Source: a virus
Lineage: Duplodnaviria; Caudoviricetes
Reading direction: 5' to 3' (one strand)
Virus record (IMG/VR): IMGVR_UViG_3300021475_000012
Coordinates: 1 to 62,037 of that record
Length of the DNA stretch: 62,037 nt
Shown here: piece by piece, positions 1 to 8,875 of the stretch
Layout of the letters: each line of letters begins with the position of its first letter
Numbering within the stretch: position 1 is the first letter of the stretch
The notes under the pieces: model-generated
Databases searched by the model: none
Seen by the model: only the letters and a program-made list of their open reading frames with translations
What the model was told of the DNA's origin: nothing
Position numbers and translations under genes: made by a program

Positions 1-139
1 TTGCCGTCTTCCCAGGTGCCCATCTGGATGGGCTTGCCGGTGTAGTCGTCGCCCATGTCCTTGCGGGTGTTCCGCCGGTCGTCCTTCAGGTAGCAGGTAT
101 AGAGGGTGACGGAGGGAATACGGGGCAGTTCGGTGTCGG
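1..139. repeat. Terminal overlap (circular assembly), copy 1
   Basis: 1-126 identical to 61899-62024; 127-139 match 62025-62037 with three substitutions to G. Confidence 0.97.
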
Positions 140-887
140 TGGTAGGAGCCTTGCGAAAGGTCCAGATCGGGGAAATGACGTCTGCGGCGGAATCCCGCAT
201 CTTATTCAACCATGTAATGGCAGAGCCGTCACTCTCCGCTTTGACGTCGATGTCGTACTTGTCGCGGATATAGTTGACCGGGACCTTGCGCTTGACGACA
301 ATGCCCTGGCAGGACTCGCAGGACTCGTAGCCCAGGGGGCGTAAAGGGAGGACGTTGCGCGGGTCCTCCGCGCAGGCGTCGATGTCCTCGATGTCCGGGT
401 TCCAGAAGAGGTGTAAGTAGCCGGTGCCGCCAACCACGTAGTACTTGATGGTGTCCGCGAGGCGTAAGTCGATGTTGCGCCGCTGATACCAGAAGGTGGC
501 TAACTTACCGTAGATCTGCGCGTGCTCTTCGAAGCGCCGGTTGGCGACACTGTAGTCCCAGAAGGGGCGGGTGTCGGTCATCATGGCCGCGATATCTTCC
601 GCGATCTTGGCGATCCGGTTGGTGCGCGTGGTGGAGAGGATGCCAGGGGACGTGGAGCGGGTATCGGCGCGGACCAGTTCATCGGTGCTCATGATGGCAT
701 CGATGGCTGCGCTGATTTGATCGAACCCAGGTTGGGAGGAGAGGAAGGCTTCGGATTCGATGACCGCTTCCATCAGCCAGGAGATGGTGGGATTACTAAC
801 GTTGTTGCCGTTGAACTGGGTGCTGGGGACCGGAGAGATCGGCAGGCGAGGCGGGGTCGGAGGACCGGCAACGACAGAAGATCCCAT
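1..887 (-). CDS. Portal protein, N-terminal part (joins 61898..60803 across the junction; about 660 aa total)
   Basis: Open frame from ATG 887 (MGSSVVAGPP...NRIAKIAEDIAAMMTDTRPFW...VGGTGYLHLFWNP) in frame with MGDDYTGKP at 56, the start of the 60803..61954 ORF; lies between terminase and scaffold/capsid. Confidence 0.85.
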   Translation of the reverse strand, partial: MGSSVVAGPPTPPRLPISPVPSTQFNGNNVSNPTISWLMEAVIESEAFLSSQPGFDQISAAIDAIMSTDELVRADTRSTSPGILSTTRTNRIAKIAEDIAAMMTDTRPFWDYSVANRRFEEHAQIYGKLATFWYQRRNIDLRLADTIKYYVVGGTGYLHLFWNPDIEDIDACAEDPRNVLPLRPLGYESCESCQGIVVKRKVPVNYIRDKYDIDVKAESDGSAITWLNKMRDSAADVISPIWTFRKAPTTDTELPRIPSVTLYTCYLKDDRRNTRKDMGDDYTGKPIQMGTWEDG

Positions 888-943
888 GGACCGATGGTAA
901 AGGGAAGGGCCTTAGCCCGCTAAATGATCCTGGTGGAGTTAGG

Positions 944-1282
944 CTAACTCGAGCCTAAGTCGCGATCTGCGCGGGCGGAATTCAAGTCGTAGTGGGAGCG
1001 CTCGTGGCGCAGGCCGGTCTTGCGCTCGACTTCGCGGATCTGGGAGATGGTGTTCAGTTCCCGGCGCACGTAGCCTTCAGCGGCCAGCTTCGGGTGCATC
1101 GGGCGGTCCCCGCGCCCAGGGATCTTGATCTCGCCATTGGGGCCCTCGTGGATCACTACCTTCTCGTCGTTGCGCAGCTGCGCGTCACCGCTCCAGAAGG
1201 AGCCGGGGGCATGGCCCAGACCGGCGCAGGGGAAGGGCCAGTCGCCCACCTCGAAATGCTTCCCGCAGTCAGGGCAGATCAT
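944..1282 (-). CDS. Hypothetical protein with N-terminal Zn ribbon (CPDC...C..GH)
   Basis: ORF track; ATGA overlap with upstream gene. Confidence 0.7.
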   Translation of the reverse strand: MICPDCGKHFEVGDWPFPCAGLGHAPGSFWSGDAQLRNDEKVVIHEGPNGEIKIPGRGDRPMHPKLAAEGYVRRELNTISQIREVERKTGLRHERSHYDLNSARADRDLGSS

Positions 1283-1422
1283 TTCATCAACAGGAGTTCG
1301 GCCAGGACCCAGCAGGCAAGACCGAAACCAATCAGGTTACCGCGAGGAGCAGCGACGTTCAGACCGTTGAGCAGGAAACAGCAGAAGGCCAGGACTAAGA
1401 GGATCAATCGTAAGAGAGGCAT
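1279..1422 (-). CDS. 47-aa membrane protein with two hydrophobic segments (holin-like candidate)
   Basis: Read by hand: MPLLRLILLVLAFCCFLLNGLNVAAPRGNLIGFGLACWVLAELLLMK; TAAGGAG SD upstream. Confidence 0.65.
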   Translation of the reverse strand: MPLLRLILLVLAFCCFLLNGLNVAAPRGNLIGFGLACWVLAELLLMK

Positions 1423-1431
1423 AGTTACTCC

Positions 1432-1731
1432 TTACCAACCAGCATAGTCATGCAGCTGGCGAATGACCACCTCGCGCAACCAGCGGGGGAAGTTGTCCTT
1501 ATCCAGGCAACGCGACTTGAGACGGGTCAGCAAGCGGTACTCCAGGTTGATCTCGACGCCTTCCACAGAGACCGTGGAGAGATCCTTCATCGCATGAACA
1601 AGAGTCTCCCGGTCGGTGATACGCTTGCCCATCAGGCCGCTCAACTCAGTCAGGTCCTGAATGGTGAGGACTAAGGCGGGATCGAGCAGATCCGGCTCAA
1701 CGTGCTTCATTTTGTTCTTTGTGATTTCCAT
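1432..1731 (-). CDS. Hypothetical protein
   Basis: ORF track, operon context; start may be 1710. Confidence 0.65.
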   Translation of the reverse strand: MEITKNKMKHVEPDLLDPALVLTIQDLTELSGLMGKRITDRETLVHAMKDLSTVSVEGVEINLEYRLLTRLKSRCLDKDNFPRWLREVVIRQLHDYAGW

Positions 1732-1954
1732 GAGAGGGCTTTCGGATCGGGTAGTGGACCCGGATTACACGATGGTAATACTGGCCTACGGAAGGGTGGC
1801 GGGTCATGGCCGCAAAGATATGCGGGGGAACGTTGGAGTGGTGGTAAGTAGATCCGTTGGCGAAGGTAATTTCGAGATCGCGGACATCAGGATCGTAAGC
1901 GAGGTGTCGGACGTGGGAACTGTTGGTTGGCTCGAAAGTGAGGATATCGGCCAT
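1697..1954 (-). CDS. KTSC domain protein
   Basis: SSHVRHLAYD...LEITFANGSTYHHSNVPP...SVGQYYHRVIR fits the KTSC pattern. Confidence 0.85.
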   Translation of the reverse strand: MADILTFEPTNSSHVRHLAYDPDVRDLEITFANGSTYHHSNVPPHIFAAMTRHPSVGQYYHRVIRVHYPIRKPSHGNHKEQNEAR

Positions 1955-1973
1955 AAGTTACAGTGTAACAAAC

Positions 1974-2001
1974 GGGAGGATGGGTACAGACCCACCCTCC
2001 C
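1974..2001 (-). terminator. Possible intrinsic terminator
   Basis: GGGAGGATGGGT-ACAG-ACCCACCCTCCC hairpin followed on the minus strand by GTTTGTT. Confidence 0.45.
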
Positions 2002-2011
2002 TTCTCCCAGG

Positions 2012-2584
2012 TTACTTAGGCTGGGCTACCGGGGGCGCGGGCTGCGGGGGCCATGTGTCAAGGCCCTTCACAACCAGCCAGCGGTATCCAACACCCACCA
2101 CCCAGATCAGGATAAGGGCCTTGCCCGCGATTCCCGTACCAGGGGGCAACGGGGGCCAGATGGTGGCCGGGGGCATGGGAAGCGTGTTATCCACTTCCGG
2201 GGGTGCGCCAGTGCCGGGAAGAGTGTTATCGGGGCTTCCGGGAACCGGTGGCAAACCCGTATCAGGATGTCCTGGCACCGGAGGTAGACCCGTGTCGGGA
2301 TGTCCTGGGACCGGCGGCAAACCCGTGTCGGGATGACCGGGAGACGGGGGCAAGCCATGACCAGGGCGCACTGGCGGATAGATCACGATGGGATGCGAGG
2401 GGCGCGTGGGACGAGTGGGGGGCCAGACTCCCACCGGGGGGCTGGGCCAGATTCCCGGCGGCAGGGGCGGCAACGAATCCGGGGGCCAGATCTGATCGGG
2501 CGGTCCATCCACACCGAAACCGGGGTCCACGGGTCTCTCCGGCTTCTCGACCGGCGTAATCTTTGCGAAGAAACTATCGGGCAT
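2012..2584 (-). CDS. Proline-rich repeat protein with hydrophobic C-terminal motif
   Basis: (PGHPDTGLPPV)x3 plus PDNTLP variants; C-terminal GKALILIWVVGVGYRWLVV. Confidence 0.75.
   Translation of the reverse strand: MPDSFFAKITPVEKPERPVDPGFGVDGPPDQIWPPDSLPPLPPGIWPSPPVGVWPPTRPTRPSHPIVIYPPVRPGHGLPPSPGHPDTGLPPVPGHPDTGLPPVPGHPDTGLPPVPGSPDNTLPGTGAPPEVDNTLPMPPATIWPPLPPGTGIAGKALILIWVVGVGYRWLVVKGLDTWPPQPAPPVAQPK
2225..2345. repeat. 33-bp tandem repeat encoding PGHPDTGLPPV
   Basis: About 3.5 units with synonymous variation. Confidence 0.8.
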
Positions 2585-2647
2585 AGAGAATTCTCCTATT
2601 TGTAATCTTACTTACGAGGGGTAACTGAGTTACTTCCTTCTACGTTA

Positions 2648-3490
2648 CTACCAATTGTCGAAAATGCTGTTCCAGCCCTCATGAATTTCTTCCAGGCTCA
2701 TATCGGAGCCCTGCCAGTCCACTGGCTCATGGGTCTCGACTTTCTCAGTGGTGCGCTCGATGTTCATACTCCAGGAGTTAGCGATCCAGAGGGCGAGGTT
2801 GAAGGCGCGGACACGGTCGTCATGGCCGTAGGGGTTTTCGGCATAGTTGCGCTCCATGTCCATGCGGCAGTTGGCGTACTCTTCGGCCAGCCAAGGGGAC
2901 TTGACAACGCAGCGTTGCAGGACCAGATGGCGCGAGGCTTTCACCCAGAGATCCCGGTTGGTTTTGTTCGAAGCGTGCCAGCCCATGGAGCGGGTGGGGG
3001 TGGCCGGGGTGTTGCCGTAGAACTCCCACTTGAAGTGGTTGGTGTAGCCAAGCTCCAGGCACTGCTGCAGGGTGCCCGCACCAGGGCCGGGGAAGACTTC
3101 GATGATCACCTTGCACTGGTCCTCATCGATGCCTGAGTAAGCGCGGCCCAGGAGGTTTACTACGTAGGCTAAGTCGAAGGCGTCAACAGGGGCCGCGTAT
3201 TCGGCCACCTGGATGTCGCGCTTGCCGTCCTTGCCCACCTTGATCACTTCGATAGCGCCGTTATCGGTCTTCGCGTCCTCGCGCACGCGGGAGAAGCGAT
3301 TCCAACCGGTGCGGCCCACGGTGGGATCGCAGCCGATGACGTAAGTGGAGCCCTTGTAGGGAGCGTCCCACATCCAGACAATGCCGCGAGGATCGCCGTC
3401 CCATTCGGCGGGGTGCATCTGCTCCAAGCGGCCCGCGCCAACAATGTTATACAGGGCCGGGAAGCCAAGGTTGCGGATCTCTTCGCTCAT
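2648..3490 (-). CDS. terL: Terminase large subunit, nuclease (RNase H-like) domain as a separate gene
   Basis: YVIGCDP, DNGAIEV, IIEV, GHDDRVRAFNLA acidic motifs. Confidence 0.85.
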   Translation of the reverse strand: MSEEIRNLGFPALYNIVGAGRLEQMHPAEWDGDPRGIVWMWDAPYKGSTYVIGCDPTVGRTGWNRFSRVREDAKTDNGAIEVIKVGKDGKRDIQVAEYAAPVDAFDLAYVVNLLGRAYSGIDEDQCKVIIEVFPGPGAGTLQQCLELGYTNHFKWEFYGNTPATPTRSMGWHASNKTNRDLWVKASRHLVLQRCVVKSPWLAEEYANCRMDMERNYAENPYGHDDRVRAFNLALWIANSWSMNIERTTEKVETHEPVDWQGSDMSLEEIHEGWNSIFDNW

Positions 3491-4713
3491 ACTTTGGCCC
3501 TCACTAGCTCCACGTTATAGGGCATGCCCAGCTGCGAGGTGGAGCGCATCCACTCGATAGTCTCCGGCGGCAGGGCGGGACGCGTGGAATGCTGAAAGGA
3601 TTGCTCCGGGGTGGCGCAGTAGTTACTCAGGAAAATGTAGAGGGAGCCTTCCCGCTTGTGCAGGGCATACTCAGTCTCGTACCAATACATCTGGTCCCGG
3701 TTCAGAGTGACTCTCTCCCCGCAGAATTCGGGAGAGGTACGCTCCACCAGTTCAGAGTGCTCGATGGTGGCTTGGTTGGGACGCCAGTTATCGGGGGCGG
3801 CGCGGCGGTACTTCTTGGTCTCGATATACCAGGGAGTAAAGATGTAAATCCAACTCTGAAAGCCTTCCAATTTCCGCCGCACGTTTTCGGTGAAGTCATG
3901 CCAGAAGTTGCCCCGGCCATTGGCAGTCGATTCGAAGGCAACGAAGGTGGTAGGGGATTGGGGGACGGCGGGCAGGAAATCGAACTTCAAGCGCTCCGCG
4001 AATTCCCAGAGGGCGACTTCGGTCATGTGCGAGATGTCGAACTGCTGGCCGGTGCCAACTCCGGCTTTCTGGGAAGACATCTGGTAGATCAGGCGCGACT
4101 TCAGATTCTCAAAAGCGATGTGGGAGTCTTTCACATCGAACTCGATGGCAGGGGTAAGGAACGGCGGCACGTTGTCGATGATGGTCTTGTCCCTGACGTA
4201 TAACTCGTGGATCTTGTCGATGTCCAGGCTACCGGCGATACAACGGGTGTGTTTCCACAAGAGCATGCGGTGGAGAGTGATGAGCCGCATGATCGCGGTA
4301 GCACCCAGCTGGCGCGACTTGTGCCAGACAGAGAGGATGCCGTCACTGAAGCCGTGCTTCTCATACTCGCGCTGGATCTCTTCCTCACGGGCGGCGATTA
4401 AAGACAAGGCTCTCTCCTGGGAGGTCCAGAAAGAGATGGCACTGACGCCCCCGCCCATCGAGGCATCCTGGTCGATGCAGCCGTAGCGCTCCGCGAAGTA
4501 CCTAAAGTCATGCCTGCACAAAATTGTTTCGGAGCGGATGAAAGCTGTTTCGCCTTCCACCAGGGGACGCTTGTACTGGCCGGTCTTGGGGTCCATCAGG
4601 TTGCGCAGGCGAACGGCGATCTCGCGGCACTGGCCGATGTCGCGGCGCTTGGCGATGATCCGCGACTTGGCCAGCTTCCAGAGGGTCTTCTCGACTACCG
4701 CAGCGGAGTACAT
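3487..4713 (-). CDS. terL: Terminase large subunit, ATPase domain as a separate gene
   Basis: KSRQLGAT Walker A, HMTEVALW Walker B, ESTANG coupling motif, YCATPEQSF. Confidence 0.9.
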   Translation of the reverse strand: MYSAAVVEKTLWKLAKSRIIAKRRDIGQCREIAVRLRNLMDPKTGQYKRPLVEGETAFIRSETILCRHDFRYFAERYGCIDQDASMGGGVSAISFWTSQERALSLIAAREEEIQREYEKHGFSDGILSVWHKSRQLGATAIMRLITLHRMLLWKHTRCIAGSLDIDKIHELYVRDKTIIDNVPPFLTPAIEFDVKDSHIAFENLKSRLIYQMSSQKAGVGTGQQFDISHMTEVALWEFAERLKFDFLPAVPQSPTTFVAFESTANGRGNFWHDFTENVRRKLEGFQSWIYIFTPWYIETKKYRRAAPDNWRPNQATIEHSELVERTSPEFCGERVTLNRDQMYWYETEYALHKREGSLYIFLSNYCATPEQSFQHSTRPALPPETIEWMRSTSQLGMPYNVELVRAKV

Positions 4714-4896
4714 CTATTCCTCCGGCTCCCGGTAGCCATAAGCGATCTCGACTTCATCCTTGATGCCGGGAGTGATGGGGACGATGCCGCGAGTGGCAAG
4801 TTCGAGACGGTAGAGATCGCGGAGTTCTTCCAGGGTGTTGGCGATTCGCAGGAGGGACTTTGCAAAGAGATGAATCGCACGTAAGGCAAGAAACAT
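4714..4896 (-). CDS. Small hypothetical protein
   Basis: ORF track; abuts the TerL start. Confidence 0.6.
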   Translation of the reverse strand: MFLALRAIHLFAKSLLRIANTLEELRDLYRLELATRGIVPITPGIKDEVEIAYGYREPEE

Positions 4897-4991
4897 GGCT
4901 TAGACTCTGAATCTGTTTTTGGGGGAGGAGAAAAGATGGCAAGCAATCTCCTCCCCCGCCTTTGATCCCCATCCCCTCATGGGAACCAAGT

Positions 4992-5864
4992 TCAATCCTC
5001 AACGCTTTCGGCCTGGACGGTGATCGGCGCGGGGAGCCGCTCCAGTTCATCGATCACGCTCTCTACTGCGGAGGAGCCGGTGTTGATCGTAATCTGCGTG
5101 CCGGTGTTGGCACCCTTGATGACGCCGGTCGCTTTCAGGACCAGTTCGCGGGCCTTGGCGTCCCCGGCTTTGCGCACAGAACCCTCGCCTTTGCATTGCA
5201 CGCAAGTAAGCCAGTAGGAACCCTTCTTGCCGCCCCGCTGCACATGGATCTCACCGGCACCGTCGCAACGGGGGCAACAGATGGTGGTGCCCAGGGCCGC
5301 TTCCACGGTCTGCGCGGCCACGGCGGGAGCGCCCGCGTACAGCTGGCCGATGGTGGCCGTGAGGCGGTCGCTGCGCCAGATCGCCATGATGTCGGAGAGG
5401 GGAATGTTCTGGCGCATCGCGATGGTCGCCGGATCGAGATCCACGTTCTCCGGGTCCATCAACGCGCAGAGATAATCGAGGGCTTTGTCCGAATCATCCT
5501 TGGCCAGGGCGTACTTCAACTCTTCGATGTTGATCGTCTCCAGGTAGCGCCGGAAACCGGTGAGGCGGGCGTGGCGCATCATGTCGGTATCGTATTGCTT
5601 CCGCGTCATCGACTGGATGGGGAGAGTGAGGGTGGTGCAGCCGCCGTTCTCATCGGGCACCATCTTGTCCTGGAGATCGCGCAGGGGATTGTCAATGGCA
5701 CGCATGCGGCGCTTCTTCACTCCCGCGCCCTGGGTGCCCTGCTCGACACGATATTGTTCGGTCGCCATTTCCAGACGGGTGCGCCGCTTGCGCCGCTTCT
5801 TCTTCACCGGCTCCGGGTGGAATTCGAACGGCTTCTCTTCGGGCTGGATTTCAGGCGTCTCCAT
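4992..5864 (-). CDS. Candidate terminase small subunit with DnaJ-type CxxCxGxG Zn finger
   Basis: Upstream of TerL; CPRCDGAG...CVQCKGEG; C-terminal TQITINTG tail. Confidence 0.45.
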   Translation of the reverse strand: METPEIQPEEKPFEFHPEPVKKKRRKRRTRLEMATEQYRVEQGTQGAGVKKRRMRAIDNPLRDLQDKMVPDENGGCTTLTLPIQSMTRKQYDTDMMRHARLTGFRRYLETINIEELKYALAKDDSDKALDYLCALMDPENVDLDPATIAMRQNIPLSDIMAIWRSDRLTATIGQLYAGAPAVAAQTVEAALGTTICCPRCDGAGEIHVQRGGKKGSYWLTCVQCKGEGSVRKAGDAKARELVLKATGVIKGANTGTQITINTGSSAVESVIDELERLPAPITVQAESVED

Positions 5865-5870
5865 CGGAAA

Positions 5871-6035
5871 TTACTTGGGAGCCTTCATGGGCAGGCCGCT
5901 GGTCTTGGTGCGGGCGAATTCGCGCAGCTGCGGCTTCTTCATTTTGAGTAGGCCGGAGTTCCGCTTGTAGAGCTTGTCGGGTGCGTGCTCCGCGATTGCC
6001 GTGGCCTCTTGCTGGTCTTTCGAAACAGAAGGCAT
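5871..6035 (-). CDS. 54-aa DUF3008-like basic protein
   Basis: Read by hand: MPSVSKDQQEATAIAEHAPDKLYKRNSGLLKMKKPQLREFARTKTSGLPMKAPK. Confidence 0.6.
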   Translation of the reverse strand: MPSVSKDQQEATAIAEHAPDKLYKRNSGLLKMKKPQLREFARTKTSGLPMKAPK

Positions 6036-6150
6036 GAGAGAAGTCCTCCCCTATTTCTGAGGGTATCAGCGAGGTCAAGAAAAGGCCGCTTTTAAAGGAG
6101 GAGAACCGGAAGCGAAATGACCGGAATCAGGTCGGAATGCTTCCGGTGCC

Positions 6151-6340
6151 AATCGACAAAATCGACAAAATCGACAAAGCCATAACGGAAAAAACGGCAA
6201 CAGCGAACTGCAGAGACATCAAAAAGCCCGTAAATGGCGTGTATTTGGCGTTTCTTGAGCTAACCAAGGGCACTGTGTATTGCTGATTATTTTCAATCAT
6301 TTAGAGAAATCTCATATGCCAAAATCGACAAAATCGACAA
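6151..6340. other. Putative attP: AATCGACAA x3 (6151-6177) and x2 (6323-6340) flanking an AT-rich core
   Basis: Direct 9-bp repeats immediately upstream of the integrase, arranged like arm-type sites. Confidence 0.65.
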
Positions 6341-6360
6341 ATGCCTGTTAGACTCGATGC

Positions 6361-7659
6361 ATGACCTTGAACTACCACCGATGCCACAGCACAGACTGCG
6401 AGGGCAAGCATCCCGCGAAGACATTTACGAGCGAAACGGAAGAACATGTGAAGGGCTGGAAGCGATGCCACTGCCCCATCGTCGCCAGCGGCACTCTCAA
6501 TCGCGTGGCCAAGCGCAAGGCCACCAAGCAAACCGAATGGGCCGCAGCTGCGGAGGTGATGGTTCCCTACATCGTGGCCAAATCCTGGGTTCTTCCAGAA
6601 GACGAGCCGCCCACTCCACCGGCCCCCAAGGCACCCGTACCACCTCCCCAGACTCCCGCGCCCGCCTCTGATAAAGTCACCGTCAAAGCAGCAACTGAGG
6701 AGTACATCAAGGAACACCAAAAAGCGGAATCGGCACCGACTACGCTCGATGGACACCGGCAACGAATGGCATCGATCTGCAAGTTCGCGGAAGAAACCGG
6801 CTGGCTCTACCTGACCGATTGGGACGCCAAAATCGCCAACCAATACCTGAATCAATTTCGAGTCGCCCCCATCACGGCACGCAAGTACCGAAAGATGGTG
6901 AAGGCATTTTTCGCGTGGTGCATCGCCAAGGAATGGATCGCAACCAACCCCGGCAAGGCCGTTGCCGTGATCAACAATCGCGCCACCAGCCTGCTGAAAG
7001 TGGGGAAGGAAAGGCAACCTCTTGTCGATGCGGAACTGGAACGCATGTATCAGGGATGCCTGCGATACGACGCCCTGTTCCCGGTGCGCAAATGGAGAGG
7101 AGAGGATCTGGCGGATTTCATCGCTCTCTCCGTTCACACCGGCCTGCGAATTTCGGATGTCGCCACCTTCAATATCAACCGGTTGAAAGGCGCGGATGAG
7201 GTCCGCATCCGCACGCTGAAGAGAGGCAAGATGGTCTACACCGTTGTGCCGCCCTGGTTGGCAGAACGCATCCGCATTCGGGCAGAGAAGTTTGGCCCAC
7301 TGATTTTCGGTGCTCATCGTTCCACCAAACTTGACGTCATCACCCACTGCTGGCGGATGCGGTTGAACGAACTCTGGAAGCAATGCGGCTCCTGGGAGAT
7401 CAAGCCTACGCCGCACCGCTTCCGGCATACCTTCTGTCGCATTCTGCTGGAAAGCGGCAGATCCTACGCCGATGTCGCGGACCTGACCGGCGACACAGAA
7501 GCCGTAATCCGGGAACACTACGCATCCTGGGTACCGGGACGGCAAGAACGGGTCTCTAAACTGCTGCGCGAATCCTTCGCGGATGTGCCGGTCCCGGCAT
7601 ACGCCAGATCAAACAAGCCTGCCAGAGTGATCGAGATGGTCAAAGTTAAACGCGGATAG
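6361..7659 (+). CDS. int: Tyrosine integrase
   Basis: HTGLRISD, K, HRFRHTF, LTGD...HY catalytic motifs; N-terminal H/C-rich arm domain (HRCHSTDC...CHCP). Confidence 0.93.
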   Translation: MTLNYHRCHSTDCEGKHPAKTFTSETEEHVKGWKRCHCPIVASGTLNRVAKRKATKQTEWAAAAEVMVPYIVAKSWVLPEDEPPTPPAPKAPVPPPQTPAPASDKVTVKAATEEYIKEHQKAESAPTTLDGHRQRMASICKFAEETGWLYLTDWDAKIANQYLNQFRVAPITARKYRKMVKAFFAWCIAKEWIATNPGKAVAVINNRATSLLKVGKERQPLVDAELERMYQGCLRYDALFPVRKWRGEDLADFIALSVHTGLRISDVATFNINRLKGADEVRIRTLKRGKMVYTVVPPWLAERIRIRAEKFGPLIFGAHRSTKLDVITHCWRMRLNELWKQCGSWEIKPTPHRFRHTFCRILLESGRSYADVADLTGDTEAVIREHYASWVPGRQERVSKLLRESFADVPVPAYARSNKPARVIEMVKVKRG

Positions 7660-7852
7660 CTGAGCGATTCAAAAGCCGGTCGATCACCGTACTTTCTACG
7701 CGGATGATGGGCTTCTTGGAGCCGGGGGTAAAGAAGCGATGCACCCCTGGCTCATGCTTCAGGACCTTGTACATGCTGGCCCGCTTGAATCCAGTTCTTT
7801 CCTGACATTCCTTCACCGTCAACATCTGCACCTTTTGCACCTTTTCTGACAT
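7646..7852 (-). CDS. Excisionase-like winged-HTH protein
   Basis: 68 aa, basic, LTVKECQERTG...EPGV...IIRVE; convergent with int. Confidence 0.7.
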   Translation of the reverse strand: MSEKVQKVQMLTVKECQERTGFKRASMYKVLKHEPGVHRFFTPGSKKPIIRVESTVIDRLLNRSAIRV

Positions 7853-7892
7853 GACTGCAATGTCTCCTTGGTGCGTCCATTCCGTATCGTAC

Positions 7893-7925
7893 TTAGAGTC
7901 TAACGTCGATTTTGGGGATTGTCAG
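7893..7925 (-). promoter_or_regulatory. Sigma70-type promoter for xis (CTGACA-N17-TAGACT) overlapped by palindrome TTAGAGTCTAA
   Basis: -35 at 7925-7920, -10 at 7902-7897. Confidence 0.55.
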
Positions 7926-8227
7926 CTTTTCGGCGGGGCGTCCGGGTCTGACTCAGACTTCTCCACCGACTCCGCATCCAGCTGGGAACGAAAGTCGCGG
8001 AAAGAGAGCATCAAGGCGGCACCGGCATCTTTAGGGAAGCCCTGCGCGGAGAAGAATTTGTGGATCATGGCATCGGCTTCAGTGCGGGCGCACATCACCT
8101 CGATGTCGCGGGCTATGTTGCGGGCGTCTGCCATGCTGAGTTGAGCCAGCTTGCCGTCGATGTCGATCTGGAGGTAAGGCTGTTTGTCGCGCATGGAGAC
8201 AATGCCGTTGATCAGAATGTTGGCCAT
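7922..8227 (-). CDS. Hypothetical protein
   Basis: ORF track, operon. Confidence 0.7.
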   Translation of the reverse strand: MANILINGIVSMRDKQPYLQIDIDGKLAQLSMADARNIARDIEVMCARTEADAMIHKFFSAQGFPKDAGAALMLSFRDFRSQLDAESVEKSESDPDAPPKS

Positions 8228-8231
8228 AAGA

Positions 8232-8699
8232 TCACCACTCCTGCCAGGGGGCCTCTCCCTCTAATTCGAGCACGCTATCCGCAGCGGCTTTCCCATAACG
8301 GAACACCTTGAATTCGCCCTTGGGGAATAACTGGCGGATGACACGCTCTGGAAGCGTGCCCTGGAAACGGAAGCTCCGGTCCTGGTTATAGACCAGCACA
8401 TGCCGCTCATCGCCTGGAGTGGATTCCACAGGCCGCTGCACCTTGAAGATCTGGGTTCGCCCAATGACTGGGGACGTCTCCTCCTTCCGGCATTCCGTAC
8501 AGAGCACCATGCCGCCCCTGGCATGCTTGAGGTCCCCGTAAGTCTGCACGGTGTGGCCACACGATAACTCGCAGATCTGGCCGCTGCGGGTGCCCTGGAT
8601 GGGCCTAGCGGCTACGATACGACGGTGGTGAGGGGTAAGGCCGGTATCGGGCTCCAGGTTGATGCCCAGCTTCTTCAGATCTTCAAGGGGATCGCTCAT
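8232..8699 (-). CDS. Hypothetical protein with Zn ribbon (LSCGH...CTEC)
   Basis: ORF track, ATGA overlap. Confidence 0.7.
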   Translation of the reverse strand: MSDPLEDLKKLGINLEPDTGLTPHHRRIVAARPIQGTRSGQICELSCGHTVQTYGDLKHARGGMVLCTECRKEETSPVIGRTQIFKVQRPVESTPGDERHVLVYNQDRSFRFQGTLPERVIRQLFPKGEFKVFRYGKAAADSVLELEGEAPWQEW

Positions 8700-8875
8700 T
8701 TCCTCGCCTCTTTATCCCACCACTCTTTTCTGGCAGCCCAATTCTCCCGCCGGAACTCCTCCGCATGCTCCCGCAGCTTGCTCATGGCCTCAGGGTTGGA
8801 GTAATCTCCATCCAGAGCATCCAGGAGCGCGGCAATGATACTAACAGCCTCGCCCAGCTTTTCATCGCTCTTCAT
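8696..8875 (-). CDS. Small hypothetical protein
   Basis: ORF track, start adjusted. Confidence 0.55.
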   Translation of the reverse strand: MKSDEKLGEAVSIIAALLDALDGDYSNPEAMSKLREHAEEFRRENWAARKEWWDKEARK

